A stretch of DNA of 55,037 nucleotides from a virus (taxonomy: Duplodnaviria > Caudoviricetes), in IMG/VR virus record IMGVR_UViG_3300032309_001623, positions 1 to 55,037 of that record; one strand, 5' to 3'. A program made the translations under genes and the position numbers. Positions within the stretch are counted from its first letter, which is position 1. The number at the start of each line of letters is the position of its first letter. This document shows, piece after piece, positions 24,093-32,278 of the stretch. The notes under the pieces were generated by a model, which worked only from the letters and a program-made list of their open reading frames with translations, was not told the DNA's origin and did no database searches.

Positions 24093-24318
24093 GGTTGCAG
24101 AAAAACAACATAGGGGAAAACACCTACAAAAAAGTTCTTGACACCGGCTCCAAAATTGTGGTATAATTTTGGCGCAAATAACCCTACTGGCTGTAGGGTT
24201 ATTAAGCTAAAAAATAACCCTGCGCTGGGCAGGGTTATAAAAAATATGCTAGGGGGATTTTCACCCCCATTCCCGATTAAAAAATCGGATATTAAAAATT
24301 ATATGATAGCATATTTTT

Positions 24319-24645
24319 TTAAACTGGCTTAGAGTTTGCCAGTGCTTCGAAAATTGCTTTCAAAGCCGATTTGTTCGCTTTTGTGAGCGATTCAATATCA
24401 TTCTCAGGCAAGCGGAGAATTGCGCCGATTGCATCGGCGTGAGCGTCTTTTTTGACGACAGGCTCACCAGTTTTGGAAACATACGTTTTTGCAACGTAGA
24501 CTTTTTCGCGTGACAGTTTTGCAACCACCGAGCGAACAGTTTTACCGAGATTTTCGGCGATAGTTTCAACCGAAACACCAGCCGAATAATCGGCTACCAT
24601 TTGAGCAGTTTGCTCAATGGTATAATTGACAGTTTTTGTAGCCAT
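24319..24645 (-). CDS. T5 A2-like DNA-binding protein, paralogue 3
   Basis: VNYTIEQTAQMVADY...GKTVRSVVAKLSREKVY; TTGACA-N17-TATAAT upstream. Confidence 0.8.
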   Translation of the reverse strand: MATKTVNYTIEQTAQMVADYSAGVSVETIAENLGKTVRSVVAKLSREKVYVAKTYVSKTGEPVVKKDAHADAIGAILRLPENDIESLTKANKSALKAIFEALANSKPV

Positions 24646-24913
24646 TTTCTAACCCTTTCAAGATTGTTTAAAAATTAAATTATAGCAGAAAATTTAGAGT
24701 TGTCAATAACCTATTTTTTGTGGGGTTATTTGCAGTTTTCCGTTTTTCCCTGCTATGGCACATTATAGCACAGATTTTTGTTGTTTTTTAATCACACACA
24801 AAAAATAAGTTATCGAAAAAGCTTGACACCGGCTAAAATTATATGTTATAATTTTGGCGCAAACTCTGCAAACAAAAGTATTCATTTTTGTTTGCAGAGT
24901 TAAACTTTTGTTT

Positions 24914-25126
24914 TCAGAAAAAGTTAATTAATCCGATTACGTTTGCAATGAAAAATGTACCATTTAGTACACCCAAAGCCTTGTCGCGTTTTTTGTACGC
25001 AACCCACAACCATGAAAGCGAACCAAAAGTAAACAAAACGTATCCGATTTGAAACATTTTAGTTGCAACAGCAAACGAACCAAAAATACTAGTCAGAGTG
25101 CCAAACCAAGAAACAAAAGTAATCAT
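24914..25126 (-). CDS. Small 3-TM membrane protein
   Basis: 70 aa, three hydrophobic segments; ATGA overlap with the SprT gene. Confidence 0.7.
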   Translation of the reverse strand: MITFVSWFGTLTSIFGSFAVATKMFQIGYVLFTFGSLSWLWVAYKKRDKALGVLNGTFFIANVIGLINFF

Positions 25127-25503
25127 TTTCTCAAAATCTCCATTGTGTGATATTTAACGGGTTCAAGCCCATATTCTACCATGATTTTTTGCCAATTTGC
25201 GCCATGCCCACAATTTTTTTCGGATATTCCAAAAAGGTCAAAATCGGCTTGGTGGATAATTTCATGGGGCAAAATAACTGTAAACATTTGTTTGCGGTAT
25301 TCAGCCGAATGTAAGAAAAATTTATAACCAATTTGAACAATTCTGTCCTCTTGGTGGCACATACCCGCAGTGCGATATAATCTTGCACACAAACGTATTA
25401 CAGGCGGATTAAATTTGCATAATTTAGGATACATTTCGCAAAGCGAATCCCAAATTGTCGCAGTCTCACGCTCTATCAGGGTTTGAAGTTCTTTTCTGTT
25501 CAT
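25123..25503 (-). CDS. SprT-like zinc metalloprotease
   Basis: RLYRTAGMC...VILPHEIIH...GHGANWQKIM. Confidence 0.85.
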   Translation of the reverse strand: MNRKELQTLIERETATIWDSLCEMYPKLCKFNPPVIRLCARLYRTAGMCHQEDRIVQIGYKFFLHSAEYRKQMFTVILPHEIIHQADFDLFGISEKNCGHGANWQKIMVEYGLEPVKYHTMEILRK

Positions 25504-25662
25504 AGGCAAATTATACATGAAAAACCCGTTGTTTTTTAATCACACACAAAAAATATGTTATCGAAAAAGCTTGACACCGGCTAAAATTATATGCTATAAT
25601 TTTGGCGCAGCAAAGTAGTACTTTTGTTTTCAATTTTATTTGAAAACAAAAGTATTACACAA

Positions 25663-25911
25663 TTATTTTTTCGGAAATAATTTAAAATAAATAATAACCG
25701 ATAAAAATATTACATTTGCGGAATAATTAAATAATAATGGCATATCCATTTTAGGAAATACATATATTATTGTGAATATCTCGCCCATAAACCACATTGA
25801 AATAAATCCCCAAGTTAATCCATCAGAGGATTTTGTTTTAAATGATTCAATGGCTTGCGGTAATCCGCAAAATGCCAATAATATAGAACCAAGCCAGCCG
25901 ATATTTTCCAT
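25663..25911 (-). CDS. PQ-loop/SemiSWEET-family membrane protein
   Basis: IGWLGSILLAFCGLPQAIESFKTKSSDGL...PLLFNY..N. Confidence 0.85.
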   Translation of the reverse strand: MENIGWLGSILLAFCGLPQAIESFKTKSSDGLTWGFISMWFMGEIFTIIYVFPKMDMPLLFNYSANVIFLSVIIYFKLFPKK

Positions 25912-25945
25912 TTATTATTAATCGGGGTTATTAGCCCCGATTATC

Positions 25946-26644
25946 TCATTTTGCTATAAAGTGATTTTTAACCTGAAAATCTTGCCAATTATAAGGTTTG
26001 ATATTATCTTGCCAATTGCGTTTTTTGATTATATGCGAGAGAATCGGCAATTCAAAATCTCGGGCATCTTCTAGGGCTGTATGCGGCTCAATAATAATAT
26101 TATTATTAATAAAGCCACACACAATCTCAGCATTGGTTTTAAATGTCATATTGCCATTTTTGGTGGTATTATTAAATTGGTGATTATCAAGTGCAAATTG
26201 TTTAAATGCTTTTTTATTGCAGATATTACCAATTGAGGCTTGCCAAAGGCAAAAGCGAGAATTAAACCCTGATAAATCAATACCAGTATTTGCACATTTT
26301 GACAAATCAAAAGCCAGATTATATGCAGTTAATGAGGGATTATATTTGCCAATGGCTTGATTAATCCATTTATTAATAGCATTAACTGAAGCCAACATTC
26401 TCACGCCATTATCTAGCATGGCATCATAGGTGGCTTTGCGCTTATGCAAACCAGCATAACCCCAAATATCATTAGCATTTTTATCATGGAATAATTCCAT
26501 TGTGCTATAATGACCCGAAACCAAAACCGCACATTGATTGTAAATCTTACCATTACGATCAACGATCACAATGGCAAAATCTGCCACAGTATCATTAATG
26601 GTTGTTTCAGTATCGAGAATTGCAAAAAACTGCTTTTTAGCCAT
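25946..26644 (-). CDS. DEDDh 3'-5' exonuclease
   Basis: ILDTET, AYNLAFD, HTALEDA..E motifs. Confidence 0.85.
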   Translation of the reverse strand: MAKKQFFAILDTETTINDTVADFAIVIVDRNGKIYNQCAVLVSGHYSTMELFHDKNANDIWGYAGLHKRKATYDAMLDNGVRMLASVNAINKWINQAIGKYNPSLTAYNLAFDLSKCANTGIDLSGFNSRFCLWQASIGNICNKKAFKQFALDNHQFNNTTKNGNMTFKTNAEIVCGFINNNIIIEPHTALEDARDFELPILSHIIKKRNWQDNIKPYNWQDFQVKNHFIAK

Positions 26645-26826
26645 TGTGTGCCTTAGTTGGTAAGCCTAGATTATATCATAAAATTTTTTTGCATAGTGTT
26701 GTATTTTAAACACACACAAAAAATAAGTTATCAAAAAAAGCTTGACAAGCCCCAATTATATAGTATATAATTGGCGCCCCGAAAACGAAAGTATTACATT
26801 TCGTTTTCGTTTGCAAACCTTGGTTT

Positions 26827-27303
26827 TCAATGCCCTTGTTTGCTTGGCACATAAACCCCACGAATATTAAAACGATCACAAACCGCTTTAAGATAATCTA
26901 CATTATCCTCATAAAAAGTAAATTCAGCATCTTTGAAATTTAGCAAATTAAAGAATTTAGCCAAACCTGCAATTTTGAGTTTTGCGCCTGATATAGTGTC
27001 GCCATCAGTGCGAGAGATGATATAATCGGGTTCGCCTAAAATCTCACGAATAAATTGATTATCAGCGGAACGCAAAACGCGGGCAGTAGCAATAATAACA
27101 AAACAATTCTCGTTTGTGAGATCATTTTTATATTGTTCTGCCAATGGTAACAAAGTATCAGACATTGCACGATACTCATTTTCACGCCAATAACCCAAGT
27201 CGATACGCTCGCCATTGTCATCAATGATAGTACGATAACGATGCAGAGAATCCACGATTGTGCCATCCATGTCATAAATTGAAACCTTTGTGATTTTAGC
27301 CAT
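26827..27303 (-). CDS. HAD-superfamily phosphatase (polynucleotide-kinase 3'-phosphatase-like)
   Basis: IYDMDGTIVD, IATAR, K, FYEDN motifs; AAGGAA RBS. Confidence 0.85.
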   Translation of the reverse strand: MAKITKVSIYDMDGTIVDSLHRYRTIIDDNGERIDLGYWRENEYRAMSDTLLPLAEQYKNDLTNENCFVIIATARVLRSADNQFIREILGEPDYIISRTDGDTISGAKLKIAGLAKFFNLLNFKDAEFTFYEDNVDYLKAVCDRFNIRGVYVPSKQGH

Positions 27304-27504
27304 TTGCTTGTTTCCTTGTTGCGATGAAATCATTATACATCAAAAATCAGCCCTACAACAAAAATTTTGCGTTTTTGCAAAAATACAACATAGGTGAAAA
27401 CACCTAGCAAAAAATCCTTGACACGCCCCAATTATATGTGATATAATTGGCGCCTCAAAAGTAGTACCTTTGTTTTCAATTTTCTTGAAAACAAAGGTAT
27501 TCAT

Positions 27505-27762
27505 TTAGCCCCTTGCTGGACCAGTTGCCTTAGCCATAAAATCCTCAAATTCCCATTGGGCATTTGAACCCCAACCCTCAGCAATTTTTTGCTCAGGTGT
27601 CATGGATTCTATAACCTTAATCAAACCCTCACGCTGGGCTTGCAAGAATTCCATAGAATTCCATTCTTCTTGCGTCCAATGCCTAGGACGCATCCCATGC
27701 ACATCTTTATAAAAATCCCACAATTCGGTTTGCAGGTCGTTCAACAGTTGTTGACTGGTCAT
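27505..27762 (-). CDS. Hypothetical phage protein
   Basis: LWDFYKDVHGMRPR motif. Confidence 0.75.
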   Translation of the reverse strand: MTSQQLLNDLQTELWDFYKDVHGMRPRHWTQEEWNSMEFLQAQREGLIKVIESMTPEQKIAEGWGSNAQWEFEDFMAKATGPARG

Positions 27763-27890
27763 AGGTCATCCTCAGAAAAAAATTGTTCAAGTGCGCCATT
27801 ATACTCGGCAAGGTTTGCAAATGCAAGCCCATGCCGATCACAAAAGCGATGGAATCGTGAAAGTTGTTTTTCAGTGTATTTTGTTTTCAT
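27759..27890 (-). CDS. Small hypothetical protein (43 aa, apparently leaderless)
   Basis: MKTKYTEKQLSRFHRFC...; ATG 6 nt after TATAAT. Confidence 0.6.
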   Translation of the reverse strand: MKTKYTEKQLSRFHRFCDRHGLAFANLAEYNGALEQFFSEDDL

Positions 27891-28042
27891 GTGTTTATTA
27901 TACCAAGTTTTCAGCAAAAAAGTCAAGTGTGTAAAAATACAACATAGGGGAAAACACCTATTGACACCGTTGCCATTATACAGGTATAATGGCGCCGCCA
28001 GCAAACGAAAGTATTACATTTCGTTTTGTAGGCATTTTGTTT

Positions 28043-28375
28043 TCAATTTTTATCAACGCCCTTGAGATAGATTTCTTCTATCTCAAAGTGATTGCCCATA
28101 GCCTTAGCCAATCGTTTAAAGTGTCTACCATGTATCTCAGTCTTACCATTTTCTTCTTGCCATGCGTGAATAAGCTCATGGGCTAACAGTGCATTAAACT
28201 CTCGCACATTATCGCCAACATGAATTGTAATTCTATGCTCCAACAGTTTACCAGTCTTATCAGAATATCTGGCAATGTAAAGCCCGTCAAAGTGCTTATT
28301 GTTGCGAGTATTAACACGCACAACAACAGGCTTAGTTAAGCCTAAAAATTTAATGAATGTGTGAAGGTTTTGCAT
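28043..28375 (-). CDS. SprT-like HEXXH metalloprotease, second copy
   Basis: LLAHELIHAWQ...HGRHFKR. Confidence 0.8.
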   Translation of the reverse strand: MQNLHTFIKFLGLTKPVVVRVNTRNNKHFDGLYIARYSDKTGKLLEHRITIHVGDNVREFNALLAHELIHAWQEENGKTEIHGRHFKRLAKAMGNHFEIEEIYLKGVDKN

Positions 28376-28424
28376 GGCTAGATTATAGCATAAAAATGTA
28401 GGGGCATAAAGCCCCTACAATCTA

Positions 28425-28748
28425 TCAGGCTTTCTCAGCCTTGATGAAATCTGCAATCTTAGCGAGTGCAGTCTTGTTAGCCTTAGTGAGTGATTCCATG
28501 TCAGCCTCACTCAAGCCCAATGCTTGACCGATATAATCAGCGTGAGCATCTTTCTTAACAACAGCCTCACCAGTCTTAGTGGTGTAGGTCTTAGCCTTGT
28601 AAACTTTCTCACGAGAAAGTTTAGCAACAACAGAGCGAACAGTTTTGCCCAATGCTTCAGCAATGGATTCAACAGCTACACCAGCTTGATAGTCAGCGAC
28701 CATCTGGGCGGTTTGCTCAGGGGTATAGTTTACAGTTTTTGCAGTCAT
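28425..28748 (-). CDS. T5 A2-like DNA-binding protein, paralogue 4
   Basis: Closely similar to 24319-24645; GGAGA RBS. Confidence 0.8.
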   Translation of the reverse strand: MTAKTVNYTPEQTAQMVADYQAGVAVESIAEALGKTVRSVVAKLSREKVYKAKTYTTKTGEAVVKKDAHADYIGQALGLSEADMESLTKANKTALAKIADFIKAEKA

Positions 28749-28773
28749 TTCATTTTCTCCAAAGTTGAAAGGG

Positions 28774-28887
28774 TTAAGGGGTCATCACAAAAGCAAAGTA
28801 TAGCACGAAAGGCAAGGCAATGCAAGCCATGCACAATGCTAAATCTAAAAATTCTTGAAGTTTGTTCATAGTGTCTTTCGTTGTCAT
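28774..28887 (-). CDS. Small single-TM protein (37 aa, apparently leaderless)
   Basis: MTTKDTMNKLQEFLDLALCMACIALPFVLYFAFVMTP. Confidence 0.55.
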   Translation of the reverse strand: MTTKDTMNKLQEFLDLALCMACIALPFVLYFAFVMTP

Positions 28888-29189
28888 GTGTTTATTATAG
28901 CCCAAAAAACCAGAAAAATTCAAGTGTGTAAAAATACAACATAGGGACAAACACCTATTGACGGGGTAGAACAATCTGTGATATACTGACAGGGGGGTTA
29001 TCAGACTCTAAAAACCACACACGCTGCTGGACCCCCTGGCACGGCCTAACATTGAAAATTTACTCAAACACAATAAGGTGCGCATGAAATTCACGTGCCA
29101 CGTGACCCTAAACCACCAAAACCACCACAAAAAAATCAACTTGCTCCGACAACGCTAACCTGATATAATAACCCAAAAAGGATTCTTTT

Positions 29190-29663
29190 ATGACACAAAA
29201 TCTACCTGCCGAAATCATCAAGCTGGCCCCTGAAATGCTTGAAGTAGCAAACTGCTACTTGCAACTCAATGACCCCAGAAAGGTGGCCCAAGAGCTGGAC
29301 ATAGAAGTTGAAGTAGTAACAGACTATCTCAAGCGCAGAGAAGTAAAACAGTATATTGATGCTGTGTTTTTTGACTCAGGTTACAACAACCGTTTCTTAA
29401 TGCGCAGAGCTATGGATGCCCTTATCAAGCAAAAGTTTCAAGAGCTGGAGGAGGCCGGAGCCGGCTCACAAAAGGACATCTCAGAACTCTTAGCCCTTTC
29501 GCACAAGATGAGCATGGATCTCATGGACAAGGAGATTCAATTGGAGAAAATCCGTTCGGGCACTGCACCGCAAAAGCAAGTTAACGTGCAAATCAACGAA
29601 GGCTTAGACGGCAGCAAGTACTCTAAGTTGGTACAACAACTGATCTCAGGTGAGGGTGTATAA
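29190..29663 (+). CDS. terS: Terminase small subunit, T5-like
   Basis: PE..EV..CYLQ...EVKQYIDAVFFDSGYNNR...KFQELEE.G.GSQKDI pattern; position; promoter TTGCTC-N17-TATAAT. Confidence 0.8.
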   Translation: MTQNLPAEIIKLAPEMLEVANCYLQLNDPRKVAQELDIEVEVVTDYLKRREVKQYIDAVFFDSGYNNRFLMRRAMDALIKQKFQELEEAGAGSQKDISELLALSHKMSMDLMDKEIQLEKIRSGTAPQKQVNVQINEGLDGSKYSKLVQQLISGEGV

Positions 29664-30169
29664 TGCCAAGACCCTTACACTTTATTACACGCGAAAAAGA
29701 ACTAGAGCTGATTAACAGGTTATTAACCACAGTAGACTCTAGTTATTTTAACCCTAAAACCACTTGTGTTGTTATGGTTTCGCCTGACTACTCAGCCACA
29801 GTAGCCATGCACTTGGCTCATGCTTGGTCGCAAGCTGGAGAAATGCTGCCTATTGTAACCCTAGACGTGCCTTACCCCGGTGAAGCCACAGACCAGTACC
29901 TTGACACCCTTTTAGCCCGAGAGTCAGAGTTCACCAAGTATCAGCACCTAGTACTAGTGGAGGCTGGCATAATTCGTGGCGGCAACTGGCAGTGGATTTT
30001 AAAAACCTTGACAGGCTTTGGTTTTCACCGTAAACAGATCTCACTAGTAGCCTTATGTGAGAACGTTCACAGCGCTACCAAGTCAGATTATGTAGGCGAG
30101 TACTATGATGATGCCGAAGCTGAGCTCATGTTTTACTTTGAACGCTTTAATAAACACTGGACACGATAA
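29663..30169 (+). CDS. Phosphoribosyltransferase-fold protein
   Basis: HLVLVEAGIIRGGN resembles the PRPP-binding loop. Confidence 0.55.
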   Translation: MPRPLHFITREKELELINRLLTTVDSSYFNPKTTCVVMVSPDYSATVAMHLAHAWSQAGEMLPIVTLDVPYPGEATDQYLDTLLARESEFTKYQHLVLVEAGIIRGGNWQWILKTLTGFGFHRKQISLVALCENVHSATKSDYVGEYYDDAEAELMFYFERFNKHWTR

Positions 30170-30924
30170 TGGCACACTATCGCGCAATTTTTATTTCAGA
30201 TGTGCATTTAGGTACTGTGGACTCACAAGCTGAAAAGCTGTGCGATTTTCTTAAACACAACACTTGCGAAACCTTATACCTAGTAGGCGATATCTTAGAT
30301 ATTTGGAAGATTCAGCAGAATCGCTGGCGTTGGCGTCAGTCGCATACTAACGTAGTGCGTCGTGTTTTAACTTATGCCAAGCGCGGCACCAGGGTCATCT
30401 ACATTGCTGGCAACCACGACGAGTTTTTACGTCCACTAATGCCTTATGATATAGGCTTTGGCAATATTGAAATTGCTAATCAAGCTACTCATGTGGGGTT
30501 GGATGGTCGCCGTTACCTAGTAACACACGGTGACTTATTTGACGGCATTACTGCACTAGCGCCCTGGCTAAGCTTTTTAGGCGACAAAGCCTATGACTTT
30601 GTGCTGGGCTTAAACACTAAATTTAATTGGTTGCGTCATCGCATGGGCTTTGGCTACTGGAGTTTATCGCAGTACCTAAAGTCTAAAGTTAAACGTGCCG
30701 TTGACTTTGTGTTTAAATTTGAGCAAAATTTGGTAGCCTACTGTAAGAAGCGTGGGTTTGATGGTGTGATCTGCGGACACATACATCATGCAGAAATCAA
30801 GATGATTGACGGTGTTGTCTACATGAATGACGGTGACTGGGTTGAATCGTGTACTGCTTTAGTAGAACACCTGGATGGTTTGTGGGAAATTGTAACTTGG
30901 ACAAAATATGATGACGCTACATGA
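30169..30924 (+). CDS. PlcP/LpxH2-like metallophosphoesterase (phospholipase C-like)
   Basis: RAIFISDVHLG, LYLVGDILD.W, GNHDEFLR, VTHGDLFD, GYWSLS.YLK.KVK.AV, ICGHIH, NDGDWVESCTALVE. Confidence 0.85.
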   Translation: MAHYRAIFISDVHLGTVDSQAEKLCDFLKHNTCETLYLVGDILDIWKIQQNRWRWRQSHTNVVRRVLTYAKRGTRVIYIAGNHDEFLRPLMPYDIGFGNIEIANQATHVGLDGRRYLVTHGDLFDGITALAPWLSFLGDKAYDFVLGLNTKFNWLRHRMGFGYWSLSQYLKSKVKRAVDFVFKFEQNLVAYCKKRGFDGVICGHIHHAEIKMIDGVVYMNDGDWVESCTALVEHLDGLWEIVTWTKYDDAT

Positions 30925-31621
30925 TCAGGTTACCATTGTGGTTCCCAGCAAAAATGAAGAAGATTACATTGCACACCTACTGTACGCACTGCGTGAGCAG
31001 GCCGTTGGCACTACCCGCATCATTATTGCTGATTGCAGCACTGACTCAACTCGCGAAGTTATTTCGGCTAACAGCCACGGTCTCAATATAGAAGTTATAG
31101 AGGGTGGACCTGTTAGTATAGCAAAGAATCGAGCTGCAGCTTTAGCAACTACTCCGTATATCTTATTCATAGACGCTGACGTCAGGTTTTTTGAGCCTGC
31201 TGTTATTTGGGATTGTGTACAGGCAATAGACTCCAAAAACTTAGACTTGGTAGGATTAAATGTCAGATGCTATGACTCAGACCGTCGCGCACAAGTTGCG
31301 TTTGGTTTATTTAATTTGGTAAACCGTGTACTAAAGCACTTTTCACCTTTTGCGGTAGGTGCTTTTATGCTTGTGCGCCGTAGCCGCTTTGTCGAGCTTG
31401 GCGGCTTTCCTGAACACTGCACTACATCAGAAGACTACTTTTTATCAAAACAGTTTAGCTGCAAGAAGTTTAGTTTAATGCCACACTATTTTGGACAAGA
31501 CTCACGCCGTTTTAAAAAGATGGGATACTTTGGTATGGCTGCCTACTTAGTCAAAAACTTTTTAAACAGAAATAATGCTGAATACTGGCAGCAGCTTCAT
31601 CATAACCGTTATTGGAATTAA
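30908..31621 (+). CDS. Family 2 glycosyltransferase
   Basis: IVVPSKNEE, IIIADCSTD, ILFIDADV, GGF...SED motifs. Confidence 0.9.
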   Translation: MMTLHDQVTIVVPSKNEEDYIAHLLYALREQAVGTTRIIIADCSTDSTREVISANSHGLNIEVIEGGPVSIAKNRAAALATTPYILFIDADVRFFEPAVIWDCVQAIDSKNLDLVGLNVRCYDSDRRAQVAFGLFNLVNRVLKHFSPFAVGAFMLVRRSRFVELGGFPEHCTTSEDYFLSKQFSCKKFSLMPHYFGQDSRRFKKMGYFGMAAYLVKNFLNRNNAEYWQQLHHNRYWN

Positions 31622-32278
31622 ATGTTAGAAACAATTTGTGAAGTAATGCTGGACGCATATCAACGTAACTGGATTACTGCTAGAGACGGCAACTGCTCAA
31701 TTCGCCACCACGACCGTGACCACTTTTACATTACTCCATCAGGAACACGTAAACAAACCTTACAGCCTGATCAATTTAAAAAAATTAGGTTAACTACTCA
31801 AATAAATCCTGTGCCGCCGTTTTTAACCACAGGCTGGGAAGTTATGGAATATACCGATATATCCGCTAAACTAGCTCCATCAGGAGAGCTGCCCCTACAC
31901 TTTGGTTTGCAACAAAAATTAGGTCAACATTGTGGAGACACCCGAGTAGTTGTACACGTACACCCTACTTATACTATAGCTGCTATGCACGCAGGTATTG
32001 ACTTGCATACTATTAGCCAAGCATTTCCAGAACTAAATCGTTATACTAAAGTAGCTCCTGTGGTTGGTCAAGTAGCACCTATTTCACAGGAACTAGCCGA
32101 TTGCTGTCACCAGGCATTTGCTTTGGACCACTTGGGCACTATTAGTTATGACATTGTGGGTATTACAGGTCACGGTGTTGTTGCTGTGGATACATCACCT
32201 TGGCGTGCTTACGAACACATTGAACGCCTAGAGCACATCTGCCAAATAGTATTAGCGTCAGGACGTTATCAATGCTAA
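31622..32278 (+). CDS. Class II aldolase/adducin-family protein
   Basis: GNCSIR, ITPSG, PSGELPLH, VVHVHP, GHGVV. Confidence 0.88.
   Translation: MLETICEVMLDAYQRNWITARDGNCSIRHHDRDHFYITPSGTRKQTLQPDQFKKIRLTTQINPVPPFLTTGWEVMEYTDISAKLAPSGELPLHFGLQQKLGQHCGDTRVVVHVHPTYTIAAMHAGIDLHTISQAFPELNRYTKVAPVVGQVAPISQELADCCHQAFALDHLGTISYDIVGITGHGVVAVDTSPWRAYEHIERLEHICQIVLASGRYQC

Larger units (their letters stand above)
22110..28987 (+). repeat. Dispersed array of 9 sigma70-consensus promoter-like elements with no downstream gene
   Basis: TTGACA at 22110, 23821, 24138, 24823, 25571, 26742, 27418, 27961 and TTGACG at 28958; spacer 18 bp in all but the first; the eight TTGACA copies have TATAAT followed by GGCGC. 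Confidence 0.85.

Noticed and set aside
24138-24332. 64-aa plus-strand ORF (and 27989..28186)
   Set aside because: Starts inside promoter hexamers and runs through terminator hairpins; no RBS
22110-28987. CRISPR array interpretation of the repeated elements
   Set aside because: Units are separated by hundreds of bases containing whole genes, spacing is irregular, and no cas genes are present
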